Positions 53,204 through 63,672 are shown, counted from the stretch's first letter. The stretch: 64,000 nucleotides of DNA from Clostridia bacterium (GCA_022790575.1 JAAVXM010000025.1:67761-131760); one strand, 5' to 3'. Made by a program: numbers and translations. Notes: generated from the sequence alone by a model not told the origin.

Positions 53204-54143
53204 CTAATCTCGAAGCTCCTTTCCTGTTAGTTCTAAGAATACATCATTAAGTGTGGGCCTTTCTGAATAGATTTTATTATAGTTTATACTTTCTTTTTTT
53301 AGAAAATCTATCATATCTACTAAATTGTTTTTCCCTTTTTTATATGTAACAAGTAAAATGTTATTACTATATTGGACATCCTCAACATTTTCTAATTCTT
53401 TTATCTTGCTTAGTATCATTTGTTCTAAATTATTTACTTCTACTGTAACTTTTTCTTCGATTTTGGCAAGTTCTTTTAATTCGTCAGTGGTTCCGAGTAG
53501 CTAGTACTTTTCCTTTATCAAGAATTATTACTCTATCACAAAGTATCTCAACTTCCTCCATATAGTGAGTTGTATATACAATCGTTGCTCCATTGTCTCT
53601 TAACTTTTTAATACCATCTAAAATATTATTTCTACTTTGTGGGTCTACTGCAACTGTTGGCTCGTCTAAGAATATAAGTTTTGGCTTATGTGCAATTCCA
53701 CATGCAATATTTAGTCTTCTTAAAAGACCTCCTGATAGTTTCTTAGGATAAAAGTTTTTGAATTCTTCTAGTCCAACTAGTTCTATAGCGTCTTCTATAT
53801 ATTGCTTTCTTATTGTTTTGTCTTTTATATATAATCCGCAAAAATAGTCTATGTTCTCATATACTGTTAATTCATCAAATACTGATATGTCTTGAAATAC
53901 AACTCCTATTTTTGATTTTATGTCATATGCATCTGGCTTCATCTCTTCACCAAATATTTTAATGCTTCCTGTTTTAAAATTAAGTAAAGATAAAATACAG
54001 TTTATAGTTGTAGATTTGCCACTTCCATTTGGTCCAAGTAAACCTAATATTTCACCTTCATATACTTCAAAAGATAAATCATCTATTGCTTTTATTTCTT
54101 TATATTGTTTTACTAAATTCTTGACCTCAATAATGTCCTTCAT
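53204..54143 (-). pseudogene. ABC transporter ATP-binding protein (ABC-2 type), disrupted by 1-nt insertion (~53496)
   Basis: 219-aa ORF (Walker A GPNGSGKST, LSGGLLRR, Walker B) stops at ...KVLATRNH*; +1 frame continues LLGTTDELKELAK...LNDVFLELTGKELRD; removal of one C yields canonical ...VLATGTTDELK... Confidence 0.55.
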
Positions 54144-54213
54144 CTTTTATCTCCCTTCTCATTCATATTTAAGTATTCTTAATGATTATATCACATATAA
54201 CTTCGATATTATA

Positions 54214-55026
54214 TTATTGTTTATTCCCAGCTTCTTCGATTAAGTCATAGAAATTGTGAAATGTATATCCTTGTGACTTTAAATATTTAATAGAATCTTC
54301 CAAAACTAATGAACTATTGCTAACATCTTTTGTATCATGCATTAAAACTACAAGAGTTCCTTTGTTTTTAGAAGTCTTTTTTAAGTTTTCTAATAATTGT
54401 TTATTACTATATTTTTTCATAGAATCATTATTTAGACAATTCCAGTCTATATAAGAATAGTCCATATTGCTAAGAAGTTTTACAGCTCTTTCTTTCTCTC
54501 TTTTATTTTGTTTTGCTATATATCCATTGGGAAATCTAAAAACATAGGAACAATACTCTTCATCTCCAATTGCTTTTCCTATTGCCTTATCTGTTTTTCT
54601 AACTTCTTCTAAAAAATCATTATCACTTTTATAAAGCTTTTTATTATCATGACTATATCCATGATTGGCCATATAATGCCCTTCTTCATACCCTCTTTTT
54701 ACTATTTCTGGATGTTCTTCTACATTTTTTCCAATAACAAAAAATGTTGCTTTTACATTTTCTTTTTTTAATATATCTAAAACAACTGGTGTGACTACTT
54801 TGTTTGGACCATCATCAAATGTCAAATAAGCTATCTTTTCCTCTTTAGAAGTTAAAGTTCTTATTTGTTTCTCAAACTCCCCAGAAATTACAGAATTACG
54901 ATTTATCTCTATTGCAAATACTTGGTTATCTCTAATAAGTAGATACAAAACAGAGATTGCAATTGTTAATATAATTATTAAACACACGATTTTTATATTT
55001 TTCTTACTAACTATATATATTTTCAT
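54214..55026 (-). CDS. polysaccharide deacetylase (NodB homology domain) family protein, membrane-anchored
   Basis: 270 aa; LTFDDGPN, H..H and MHD motifs of CE4 deacetylases. Confidence 0.8.
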   Translation of the reverse strand: MKIYIVSKKNIKIVCLIIILTIAISVLYLLIRDNQVFAIEINRNSVISGEFEKQIRTLTSKEEKIAYLTFDDGPNKVVTPVVLDILKKENVKATFFVIGKNVEEHPEIVKRGYEEGHYMANHGYSHDNKKLYKSDNDFLEEVRKTDKAIGKAIGDEEYCSYVFRFPNGYIAKQNKREKERAVKLLSNMDYSYIDWNCLNNDSMKKYSNKQLLENLKKTSKNKGTLVVLMHDTKDVSNSSLVLEDSIKYLKSQGYTFHNFYDLIEEAGNKQ

Positions 55027-55094
55027 ATTTAATAATATAAAATTTATATTTATTTATTCCATTTTTATAACATCTAAGAAGTTTGATTTCTATT

Positions 55095-56585
55095 TTATTC
55101 TCCATTTTTTAATTCTATTGTTTGGGTTGCAACTTTTTCTATAAATATATCATCATGCTCAACGAAAATTATTGTTGGTTTATATTCTAGAATTGCATTT
55201 TCTATTTGTATTCTAGTTATAATATCTATATAATTTAAAGGTTCATCCCATATATAGATATTTGCTTGTTCTGATATGCTTTTAGCAATCAAAACCTTCT
55301 TTTTTTGTCCTTCACTCATTTCTTCGATGTTTGTATTAAAATCTGTTTTTGAAAATCCCATTTTTGACAACATAGCTTTAAATATACTTTCATCTATTTT
55401 ATTATCACTTGCAAATAGTTTCAAATTGCCTTTTAAATCCTCTGTACTTTGTGATACATAAGAAATTTTTAAATCATTAGCAATTTTTAATTCTCCATTG
55501 TATTCCAGATTATTTTCCATAATTAGTTTTAATATACTAGATTTTCCTATTCCGTTACTTCCAATTATTGCTATTCTGTCTCCATTTTTAACTTCAAATG
55601 ATACTGGTGAAAATATTGCTTTATCATTATATTTTATTTGCAAATTCTTTAGCACAATTAGTGGATTTTTCTTGCTTTCTATTGGAACTATTTTTAGGCT
55701 TTCATTTTTGTCTATATTTTTTAGTAAATTTGTCTTTCCTTCTATCGCCTTTTCAATCCTTTGTTCCATTGTTTTAGATTTTTTCATCATCTTTGCTGAC
55801 TTATGTCCTACATAGCCTCTGTCTATTGATGTTTCAGATTCATTCGTTTTGTATTTTGATTTTTCAACCATATTGGACCAATTCGCAGTATTCCTTGATG
55901 CTATTTCAAGTCTATTTATGTCTTTTTGTAGTTTTTCATTTTGCGTCATTTCAAAATTGTCTTGTCTATTTTTGTTTTCTTGCCAAGAGGTAAAATTCCC
56001 TTTTTGTATATCAATATTTGTGTTATTTATTGATACAATATGGTCTACAACTTTATCTAAAAAGTTTCTATCATGAGAAACTAATATAAAGCTTTTTTTC
56101 CTTTTTAGATATTCAACTAGATTATCTCTTGTTTCTATGTCTAAGTGATTTGTGGGTTCATCAATAAGTAGAAAATTGTTTCCTCTTAAAAATAGGCTTA
56201 TTAACAGTATTTTTATTTGCTCTCCCCCACTTAATAACTTGAATTGTTTATATAAAATTTCTACATTTGCATTTAATAAATTTAGTTCTTTTATAATTTG
56301 CCAGTCTTCTACATTTGGCGCAATTTCTTGTACAATCTCTATTGACATTTTCTCTTTATCTTTTACTTCATATGGAAAATAATCAAATTCTACACTTTTT
56401 GTAATTGTGCCTTTATATGGGTATTTTCCTAATAATAGCTTTAGAAATGTAGTTTTCCCTTTTCCATTTCTACCTATTAACCCTAATTTCCAATCTGTAT
56501 CAATATTAAATGAGACATTTTCAAATACATTATCTATATTTCCTTCATACCCAAATGTTAAATTATTTACACTTATTAATGACAT
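55095..56585 (-). CDS. ABC-F family ATPase (tandem NBDs, no TMD)
   Basis: 496 aa; two Walker A (GRNGKGKTT, GSNGIGKSS) and two signature motifs with interdomain linker. Confidence 0.8.
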   Translation of the reverse strand: MSLISVNNLTFGYEGNIDNVFENVSFNIDTDWKLGLIGRNGKGKTTFLKLLLGKYPYKGTITKSVEFDYFPYEVKDKEKMSIEIVQEIAPNVEDWQIIKELNLLNANVEILYKQFKLLSGGEQIKILLISLFLRGNNFLLIDEPTNHLDIETRDNLVEYLKRKKSFILVSHDRNFLDKVVDHIVSINNTNIDIQKGNFTSWQENKNRQDNFEMTQNEKLQKDINRLEIASRNTANWSNMVEKSKYKTNESETSIDRGYVGHKSAKMMKKSKTMEQRIEKAIEGKTNLLKNIDKNESLKIVPIESKKNPLIVLKNLQIKYNDKAIFSPVSFEVKNGDRIAIIGSNGIGKSSILKLIMENNLEYNGELKIANDLKISYVSQSTEDLKGNLKLFASDNKIDESIFKAMLSKMGFSKTDFNTNIEEMSEGQKKKVLIAKSISEQANIYIWDEPLNYIDIITRIQIENAILEYKPTIIFVEHDDIFIEKVATQTIELKNGE

Positions 56586-56657
56586 TTTACCTCCTAACTT
56601 GACTATCTAATTTTTTATTAATATCTTTTTATATAAAACTTTGTGGCTTTAACCTTT

Positions 56658-58157
56658 CTACATAAGTGGTGCTACTAGTCTTAATAATGCTTGCCAAATA
56701 CTCTTTGGTAGGCTGAATTCTACTTCTTTTTTTGATACCTTATGACTCTTTTGCATAGTATCTATTAAGTCTTTTTTTATTTCTTTTATTTCTTCTACAT
56801 TTTCAAGATAACATCCACATTCAAAGTGTAAGTATAAACTTCTGTAGTCTAAATTTATTGTTCCAACTGTTGCAATATTATCATCTGATACAAATACTTT
56901 TGAATGAACAAACCCTGGAGTGTATTTATATATTTTAACTCCTCCATTAACAAGTACCTCTACATAAGATTCAGATAATGTATATACTACTTTTTTGTCT
57001 GGAATTCCTGGAATTACAATTCTAACATCCACTCCTCTTTTTGCTGCAAGAGTTAGAGAATTTATCATATCTGTATCTATTATTAAGTATGGAGTGAAAA
57101 TATAAACATAATCATTTGCTTGGTTTATAATGTTTAGATATACTTCTTCTCCTGTTGTTTCTTCATCTAATGGCGTTTCGCCATATGGTATTACATACCC
57201 ACTTTTCTTATCTTTGTCTTTAAATTCATACTTAAATTTTCTAAAGTCTTTATCTTCGTTTATAAAAGAGTTCCATATTGTTAGAAACATTACAGTATAA
57301 TTCCATACTGCGTCTCCTGATATTCTTATTCCATTATCTTTCCAATGTCCGTGTTTTTCTATCTCATTAATGTATTCATCAGCTATGTTTATTCCTCCTG
57401 AAAATGCAACTTTACCATCTATAACCATGATTTTTCTATGGTCTCTATTGTTCATTATAACACCAGCAACTGGATTTAATCTATTAAATACAACACATTT
57501 TATTCCTTTTTTCTCAAGTTCCTTAGGATAGTCTTTTTTTAATGTCCCTACACTTCCTAAATCGTCATACATTACTCTGACTTCTACTCCTTTAGAAACC
57601 TTTTCTTCTAATATTTTTAAAATAGAACCCCACATTTTACCATGATTTACTATAAAGTATTCAATAAATATAAATTTCTCTGCCTTTTCTAGTTCTTCAA
57701 TCATTGCTTCAAATGCCTTTTCTCCTATAGGATAATATGTTACATCATTATTATTTGTAGCTGGATAACCACAAAAGTCGCTCAAATATCTCATTCTACT
57801 ATTATCTTTGAATTCTTCTCTTATTTCTTTGTCTTGTATTAGATATTTTTTACTGTCTTTTTCCTTCTGAACTATATTTTTAAATGTTTTACTTTTATAT
57901 TTATTACTTCCTATAATAATATATATCAATGTCCCTATCAAAGGAAACATTACTAGAATAATAATCCATGGCAATGTGTATGAATAATTTTTGCTGTATT
58001 TTATTAATGCTAATATAAGTAAAAGTCCTATTATTGAAAAACATATATTTATAAGTACAACATGTTCTATAAAAAACAAATATATTGATAATGATAATAA
58101 AATTTGTGCCACTAATCCAATTATTACTATAATTGCCCTTTCTATTGCCATAAGCAT
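56658..58157 (-). CDS. cls: cardiolipin synthase
   Basis: 499 aa; two N-terminal TMs and two HKD motifs (HRKIMVIDGK..., HSKVFVSDD...). Confidence 0.85.
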   Translation of the reverse strand: MLMAIERAIIVIIGLVAQILLSLSIYLFFIEHVVLINICFSIIGLLLILALIKYSKNYSYTLPWIIILVMFPLIGTLIYIIIGSNKYKSKTFKNIVQKEKDSKKYLIQDKEIREEFKDNSRMRYLSDFCGYPATNNNDVTYYPIGEKAFEAMIEELEKAEKFIFIEYFIVNHGKMWGSILKILEEKVSKGVEVRVMYDDLGSVGTLKKDYPKELEKKGIKCVVFNRLNPVAGVIMNNRDHRKIMVIDGKVAFSGGINIADEYINEIEKHGHWKDNGIRISGDAVWNYTVMFLTIWNSFINEDKDFRKFKYEFKDKDKKSGYVIPYGETPLDEETTGEEVYLNIINQANDYVYIFTPYLIIDTDMINSLTLAAKRGVDVRIVIPGIPDKKVVYTLSESYVEVLVNGGVKIYKYTPGFVHSKVFVSDDNIATVGTINLDYRSLYLHFECGCYLENVEEIKEIKKDLIDTMQKSHKVSKKEVEFSLPKSIWQALLRLVAPLM

Positions 58158-58202
58158 ATTTTGTCCTCCCTGTTCTTTTTTCTATATTATCATAAATATA
58201 TA

Positions 58203-59498
58203 TTATTTTAAGAAGCTTTCTGGATTACTCCTTAACAATTTAATCTCTTCTCTAAATTCTATCAATTCTTCTTTAGTATAATACTTAAAGAAATATTCTA
58301 AATCTCTTTCTATTAAGTGCTCTTTGATATATATGTAATATTCTCTCAAAAGTTCTATATAAAATGACTTATTTTTAATTTCATCAATATTTTCAATTCT
58401 TAAGAATCTTGTAAGCCTTCCTTGATGAATAGAATCAATTAATTTTATAAAAGTATAATTGTTGAAATATCCAACCTCTATCCATAATTTAATAATTCCT
58501 AGCATTTTATCAACTAATTCAGAAACATACCCCTCTGCCCCTTTTTTATACTCAGACAATATGTTGTAAAGAGCTGTCCCAATTAGATTCTCTAAACTTT
58601 TTTCATCTTTGGCTTCTATTTCTGCGAACATTTTCTTTGTCACTTCATTGTAATTTTTGAAATAAGTTACAACTTCAGTTCCTTTATATTCGCCAAAATC
58701 ATGTAATAATGACTTTGTTATAATTTTGTATATGTCTATATTCTCACTTAATTCTTTATTACAATATTCTGCAAGCATAAGACTTATAATTGTATTGTTA
58801 TATGAATGAAGTAGTACATTTTCTGGTAATGGCGTTAACATGCTAGAGTATCTATATACTTCTTTTAAGTTTAAGCATACATATGTTAAATTGCCATATT
58901 GATTTTCATTAAAAGTGTCTTGTTTTATTGAATTAACAATTATTTCTTTTTCTTTGTAGAAATAGTCATTTTTGTCAATCTTTTCAAAATGATTAACAAT
59001 TTTATTTTTTGTGTTGTTATAATATGGTATTGCTTCCTGATTTCCTCTAAAAATCATTTTTTGAAAAATTGCATATTCACCAATGTCTTCTAGAAATGCT
59101 AAAAGCTTATTATATTCATTTGTCTCAACATTTTTATAATTATATTTTAGTTGTTTCATAATCCTGTTTTTATATTGAAATTTCTCTGTAATTAATTTTT
59201 CCAATATTTCATTATATACTTTAAATTCTGTTTCTGTAATCTCAAATGCTAAACTTCCTGTTTCTCCATATATTATTTGCTTTACTAAATAATTAGATAA
59301 TGTGTCTGTTACTAATTGGTTTTTTTCATTTCTTTCCTCAATAATTTTTATAAATAAATATATTGCAATCATTGATTTATCAATAATTGTATATTTGTCA
59401 TTTACTGTTTGATGTATTTTTGAATTATAACTATCTATACTAGATATGTATATTTTGAATATATCTTCTATTATATCATTTATCATTTTTTTCTCCAT
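58203..59498 (-). CDS. hypothetical protein with HD-domain-like motif
   Basis: 431 aa; SLLHDFGEY motif mid-protein; otherwise unrecognised. Confidence 0.35.
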   Translation of the reverse strand: MEKKMINDIIEDIFKIYISSIDSYNSKIHQTVNDKYTIIDKSMIAIYLFIKIIEERNEKNQLVTDTLSNYLVKQIIYGETGSLAFEITETEFKVYNEILEKLITEKFQYKNRIMKQLKYNYKNVETNEYNKLLAFLEDIGEYAIFQKMIFRGNQEAIPYYNNTKNKIVNHFEKIDKNDYFYKEKEIIVNSIKQDTFNENQYGNLTYVCLNLKEVYRYSSMLTPLPENVLLHSYNNTIISLMLAEYCNKELSENIDIYKIITKSLLHDFGEYKGTEVVTYFKNYNEVTKKMFAEIEAKDEKSLENLIGTALYNILSEYKKGAEGYVSELVDKMLGIIKLWIEVGYFNNYTFIKLIDSIHQGRLTRFLRIENIDEIKNKSFYIELLREYYIYIKEHLIERDLEYFFKYYTKEELIEFREEIKLLRSNPESFLK

Positions 59499-59510
59499 TT
59501 TATTTTTATA

Positions 59511-60383
59511 TTATTTGTTTTCTAAAAGTCCATAAACCATTGCAATATCTGTTGCAATGATATATTTTGCTTCTATTGCCTCTGCTACTACTAATACAAA
59601 TGCACACATTGCACGTGTTCCATACCACCAGTCTGGATTGCTAACTCTACTTTTTATTTCTTCTAATGATATTTTTTTATAAAATCTTTCTGTCTCACTT
59701 TTTCTTGTTTCTGTATCTTCCATAATTGGTGAAGCTTCATCTTTGTATAATGTATTTTCTTTATACATAATTCCTGAATTCCTTACAAACCTTTCGTGTG
59801 CTCCACCTGCTAATATCAATACATCTGCTTTTCCTTTTGGAACATTTAATCTTTCTTTTATAAATTCTTTTACTTCTTTAAGGTTAGTAGTTGCAAGGTC
59901 TTCTGCTATATCTGGAAAATGTAGTGTTACATCTACAACTCCCATTTCTGTGTTAACGATTTCTTTTATTTCATTATCATATATTGCTATTTCTGTAGAG
60001 CCTCCTCCTCCAATAAATACACATACTTTTTCATTTACAAATCTTGTTGCTCCATAAACTGTTAATTCATTTTCTCTTTTTTGAGATATAATATCAAAGT
60101 CATATCCTGTTTCATTTTTAAACCTTTCTAAAAATGAATTTCTTTCTTGGTCATTTAAGCTCCTAAATATGCTTGTACCACATACATATATATCACTAGT
60201 CTCTGATTTTAATTCATTTATATTTTTTATAAGTTCTTTTATATCACTCTCTCTTAATTGCTTGTCTTCTTTATAGTGCTTTTTGAATTCTATTGTTACA
60301 TCCTTAATTTTTTTTACTTTTTCTCCATCAAATTTGTCAATTTTTGTATTTGTTGAACCTACTTCTACTATTATCCTATTCAT
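59511..60383 (-). CDS. ASKHA-superfamily (Ppx/GppA-like) phosphatase/kinase-fold protein
   Basis: 290 aa; EVGSTNTK and FIGGGGSTE phosphate-binding loops of actin-like ATPase fold. Confidence 0.4.
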   Translation of the reverse strand: MNRIIVEVGSTNTKIDKFDGEKVKKIKDVTIEFKKHYKEDKQLRESDIKELIKNINELKSETSDIYVCGTSIFRSLNDQERNSFLERFKNETGYDFDIISQKRENELTVYGATRFVNEKVCVFIGGGGSTEIAIYDNEIKEIVNTEMGVVDVTLHFPDIAEDLATTNLKEVKEFIKERLNVPKGKADVLILAGGAHERFVRNSGIMYKENTLYKDEASPIMEDTETRKSETERFYKKISLEEIKSRVSNPDWWYGTRAMCAFVLVVAEAIEAKYIIATDIAMVYGLLENK

Positions 60384-60479
60384 ATTACTTAAACAACTCC
60401 TTTATCATTTTTTCAGCAATTTATATTGATTGTCTATATAATATCATATTTGGATGATTATGGCAATCTTTCTTTTTAT

Positions 60480-61028
60480 TTATACCCATATAATAAGGAT
60501 AAGTAAAACAATTCCAAAAATAATAAATGAATATCCTAGTATCTTTGTTGTTTTTCTGAATGATTTTTCATTCTTAGGTCTTGGATGAAAAAATTCTTTT
60601 CCTATTTCATAACTCATTTTAGGAAAGTAATTTCCTATTATTATAAATAGTATTCCCAAAATTAAACATGTACTTTTTCCAACATAAACTGTGCTCCCTA
60701 GTGGTACTTCTATCATAATTATATATAATAATACTGTCACAACTGGAATAAACCATTCCATTATTTTCATAATTTTAGGTTTTTCTTTGTTTTCTATCTT
60801 GTTTTTTCTATTTGTAAAAAATATACAAATCCCCTGTATAACTGCCATAATAATGGGTATTCCAAACAATGCAAAATTCTTCGGTGCATAATTGTCCACC
60901 TCATTTGTTATTGTAAAATGTATTGGCATTTGTTCTGGTAGTTTATCATATAATATTACACCCAATATAATTGGAAATAAACATACCATTACACTTAAAA
61001 TAAGTTTTCTTTTACTTTCTTTTTCCAT
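60480..61028 (-). CDS. SdpI/YhfL-family (DUF1648) membrane protein, putative immunity/signalling protein
   Basis: 182 aa; YDKLPEQMPIHF DUF1648 motif then 4 TMs; downstream of ArsR/SdpR-like regulator. Confidence 0.55.
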   Translation of the reverse strand: MEKESKRKLILSVMVCLFPIILGVILYDKLPEQMPIHFTITNEVDNYAPKNFALFGIPIIMAVIQGICIFFTNRKNKIENKEKPKIMKIMEWFIPVVTVLLYIIMIEVPLGSTVYVGKSTCLILGILFIIIGNYFPKMSYEIGKEFFHPRPKNEKSFRKTTKILGYSFIIFGIVLLILIIWV

Positions 61029-61090
61029 TTTTAATCATCTTCCTTTCTATAGGCACAAATTGGTTGCAAAATTGTAATTATTTTTCAACC
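61029..61090 (-). repeat. leader repeat element, short form (copy C); core overlaps arsR stop codon
   Basis: 24-nt core 61067..61090 identical to copies A and B; encodes last codons (VEK*) of ArsR. Confidence 0.7.
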
Positions 61091-61425
61091 TTATTACCCC
61101 CCAATTTATAAATCCATACTAAGACATCTTCAAATACAGAACTATTTAATTCATAAAATATAAAGTTCTTTTGCTTGGTTTCTGTTATCAAATTTGCTCT
61201 TTTTAGATGTGATAAATGATAAGATACTGTCGCTCCTGTTAAATTAAAACTACTCGATATCTCCCCTGCAGTTTTTCTTCCATCTTTCAGAAGTTCTAGT
61301 ATTTCTCTTCTAACAGGGTCACTAATTGCTTTTAATGTTTCTGACATTCCCATTATCTTCACCTCTCTCAATCTATTTTGATATATATCTAAATAGATTG
61401 TACTATTTTGAATCACTGCTGTCAA
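61078..61425 (-). CDS. ArsR/SmtB (SdpR-like) family transcriptional regulator (true start possibly internal at 61353)
   Basis: HTH ...ISDPVRREILELL...LTGATVSYHLSHLKRANLI. Confidence 0.8.
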   Translation of the reverse strand: MTAVIQNSTIYLDIYQNRLREVKIMGMSETLKAISDPVRREILELLKDGRKTAGEISSSFNLTGATVSYHLSHLKRANLITETKQKNFIFYELNSSVFEDVLVWIYKLGGNKVEK

Positions 61426-61549
61426 TAGCTATTTAGATTTTTTTCTAAATAGTCAAAAAAAATATAGTAGTACTTAGATTACTACTATATTCTTTATTCC
61501 CATTATTTCTTGCTCTCCCTACAATAAAAAATCGAATTCTTTGTTCATA

Positions 61550-62128
61550 CTATATCTCTACCTTTATATATTTATCTAACTTTTTATTTAGCTTCCTGTA
61601 TATATTCTCTGCAACCCATTTTTCATTTACAGATTTCTCTACATCTTCTATATTAATCCATTTAACTTCACTATTTTCATCCTCTTTCACTTGTAGAACT
61701 TCTTTTTCATCTACTTCTAAAAGATATGTTAAATTTAAATGTTCATGAGATGATACATATTCTCCTCTTTTTACATGTCCATCTACACCTACTATTTCTA
61801 AAGAATAAATATTGCTATCAAGTATTTTTACATTTTTGATGCCTGTTTCTTCTTTTAATTCACGAATAGCTGTACCTAATAAATCCGCTTTTCCATCTGC
61901 ATGACCTCCTGTCCATGACCATGATTTATATATATTATGATATATCATTAGAATTTTTGTTTTTTCTTTATTTACTACCCATGATGATGCTGTAAAATGT
62001 CCAAATTCATTTTTTCTGGTTAGTACATCATCAAATGAGTCTATATATTTTAACATTGTTTGCTTGTCCTTTTCTTCTTGTTCATTATATGGCTTATATT
62101 TTTCTATTTGTTCTCTTAATTTATTCAT
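61550..62128 (-). CDS. NUDIX hydrolase
   Basis: 192 aa; Nudix box GGHADGKADLLGTAIRELKEETGI. Confidence 0.8.
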   Translation of the reverse strand: MNKLREQIEKYKPYNEQEEKDKQTMLKYIDSFDDVLTRKNEFGHFTASSWVVNKEKTKILMIYHNIYKSWSWTGGHADGKADLLGTAIRELKEETGIKNVKILDSNIYSLEIVGVDGHVKRGEYVSSHEHLNLTYLLEVDEKEVLQVKEDENSEVKWINIEDVEKSVNEKWVAENIYRKLNKKLDKYIKVEI

Positions 62129-62211
62129 TTTCCCTCCTATAATATTCCTTTGTTTTTCCCTTATTATCTTAAATAACTATATCTCTGGCTCACAATTTTA
62201 TATAGTTCTAA

Positions 62212-62613
62212 TTAGTTTTTAATTGATGCTCTAGTAAACATTTCTGGTAAAAGTTCTTTTAATTTGTATATTTTATCTCCTTCTAGCATAACTTCTGTTT
62301 CTAAATTTTCCTCATCTATCATTCTGATTAGTTCTCTGCATTTTCCACATGGAGAATATATTTTTCCTTTATATGAGTATGCTACTATTTTTTTTATTTT
62401 AGTTTCATCATTTTTTAACATTTCTGCTATAGCCGCATATTCTGCACAGTTCCCCAATGAACATTTTGCGTCTATACTTATACCTGTATAGATGTTTCCT
62501 TTGTCTGTTATTAATGCACATCCGACCTGCTTATATGAAGCATATTCATTTACTATTATTTTATCAGCTTGCTTTTTAGCTTCCTCTAATAATTTTTTAA
62601 ATTCTTTATCCAT
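62212..62613 (-). CDS. cdd: cytidine/deoxycytidylate deaminase family protein (start at MDKEF with AGGAGGAG RBS)
   Basis: CAEYAAIAEM...PCGKCRELI zinc-binding H/CxE...PCxxC motifs. Confidence 0.7.
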   Translation of the reverse strand: MDKEFKKLLEEAKKQADKIIVNEYASYKQVGCALITDKGNIYTGISIDAKCSLGNCAEYAAIAEMLKNDETKIKKIVAYSYKGKIYSPCGKCRELIRMIDEENLETEVMLEGDKIYKLKELLPEMFTRASIKN

Positions 62614-62626
62614 AAATCTACTCCTC

Positions 62627-63208
62627 CTAAAAAATGCTATTTTCTTTTTTATACCATTCAGCAAAAACTTTCAATGCTGCTACTGAACCATCTGTTTTCC
62701 TTCGTTCTTCTCTTTCTACTTTATCCATTTCAGCAAGAGTCTTTTCATAATGCTCTGGTTTAAATATGTACCATAAGTCTGACCATTTCTCTTCTCTATC
62801 CATACCTTGGATTTTTGTTGCTAAATTTCCTGGATGTTTTCCATAAAAATAATGTATCTTCTTTCCATCATGATATGCTAAACATTCTTCAAATCTACAT
62901 TTTCTATTTTCTTCGTTTTCCATTAATTTTAAAATTCCTTCTATACCTATAGTATCTAATGAAAAATTCACGAATGCTCTGGGGAATCCATTTAATCCAT
63001 CTATAAAAAATCCAGTATCTAATGCTATACATGGTTTTTTTACAATTTTATATGCTTGTTTTACCTTTGCTGTTGCTATTTCTTTTATGTCATCACTTCT
63101 TGGCTCATCTAATTCAAAATCATATGTACTGAACTTCAAATTATTAAAATAACGCTCTGCTGATTTTGCCTTTCCCTTGTTATGTGTTACAAATACAATT
63201 TCTTCCAT
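62627..63208 (-). CDS. Ham1/RdgB-like non-canonical purine NTP pyrophosphatase family protein
   Basis: 193 aa; N-terminal IVFVTHNKGK and ...LDTGFFIDGLNGFP resemble Ham1 substrate-binding motifs. Confidence 0.5.
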   Translation of the reverse strand: MEEIVFVTHNKGKAKSAERYFNNLKFSTYDFELDEPRSDDIKEIATAKVKQAYKIVKKPCIALDTGFFIDGLNGFPRAFVNFSLDTIGIEGILKLMENEENRKCRFEECLAYHDGKKIHYFYGKHPGNLATKIQGMDREEKWSDLWYIFKPEHYEKTLAEMDKVEREERRKTDGSVAALKVFAEWYKKENSIF

Positions 63209-63273
63209 TTATATTTTCCCCTTTTGTTTCTATATTTCTAAAACATCACCATCATTTGAGAATTCTATATTAT

Positions 63274-63672
63274 CTATATAATTAGATTTTTTTCATATAA
63301 GTCTCTAAATATCAATTTATCTACTGGTGAAATTATATCTAAATTACTATAGTCTAACCATCTAATTTCTTTAATCTCTGAGTCTGCTTCAATTTCACCA
63401 TCAAATTCTGCCATGTAACATGTCATTTTTACTACTATGCCTTCTGATTTCCCATGTGCTTGTGCCTCAAATGTACCATAATATTTTATTGTGTCTTTTT
63501 TTATATCAATAGTTAATTCTTCTTTACATTCCCTAATTAGCGTTTCTTCATCTTTTTCTGTCCCTTCTCTCTTGCCACCAGGGATATAATATGTATCTTT
63601 TCCTTTTGATAATGTACTTAATATTTTTCTATCTTTTAGATATATAAATGCTATTTTGTCTATTTTTTTCAT
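63274..63672 (-). CDS. NUDIX hydrolase (MutT-like)
   Basis: 132 aa; Nudix box GGKREGTEKDEETLIRECKEELTIDI. Confidence 0.8.
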   Translation of the reverse strand: MKKIDKIAFIYLKDRKILSTLSKGKDTYYIPGGKREGTEKDEETLIRECKEELTIDIKKDTIKYYGTFEAQAHGKSEGIVVKMTCYMAEFDGEIEADSEIKEIRWLDYSNLDIISPVDKLIFRDLYEKNLII

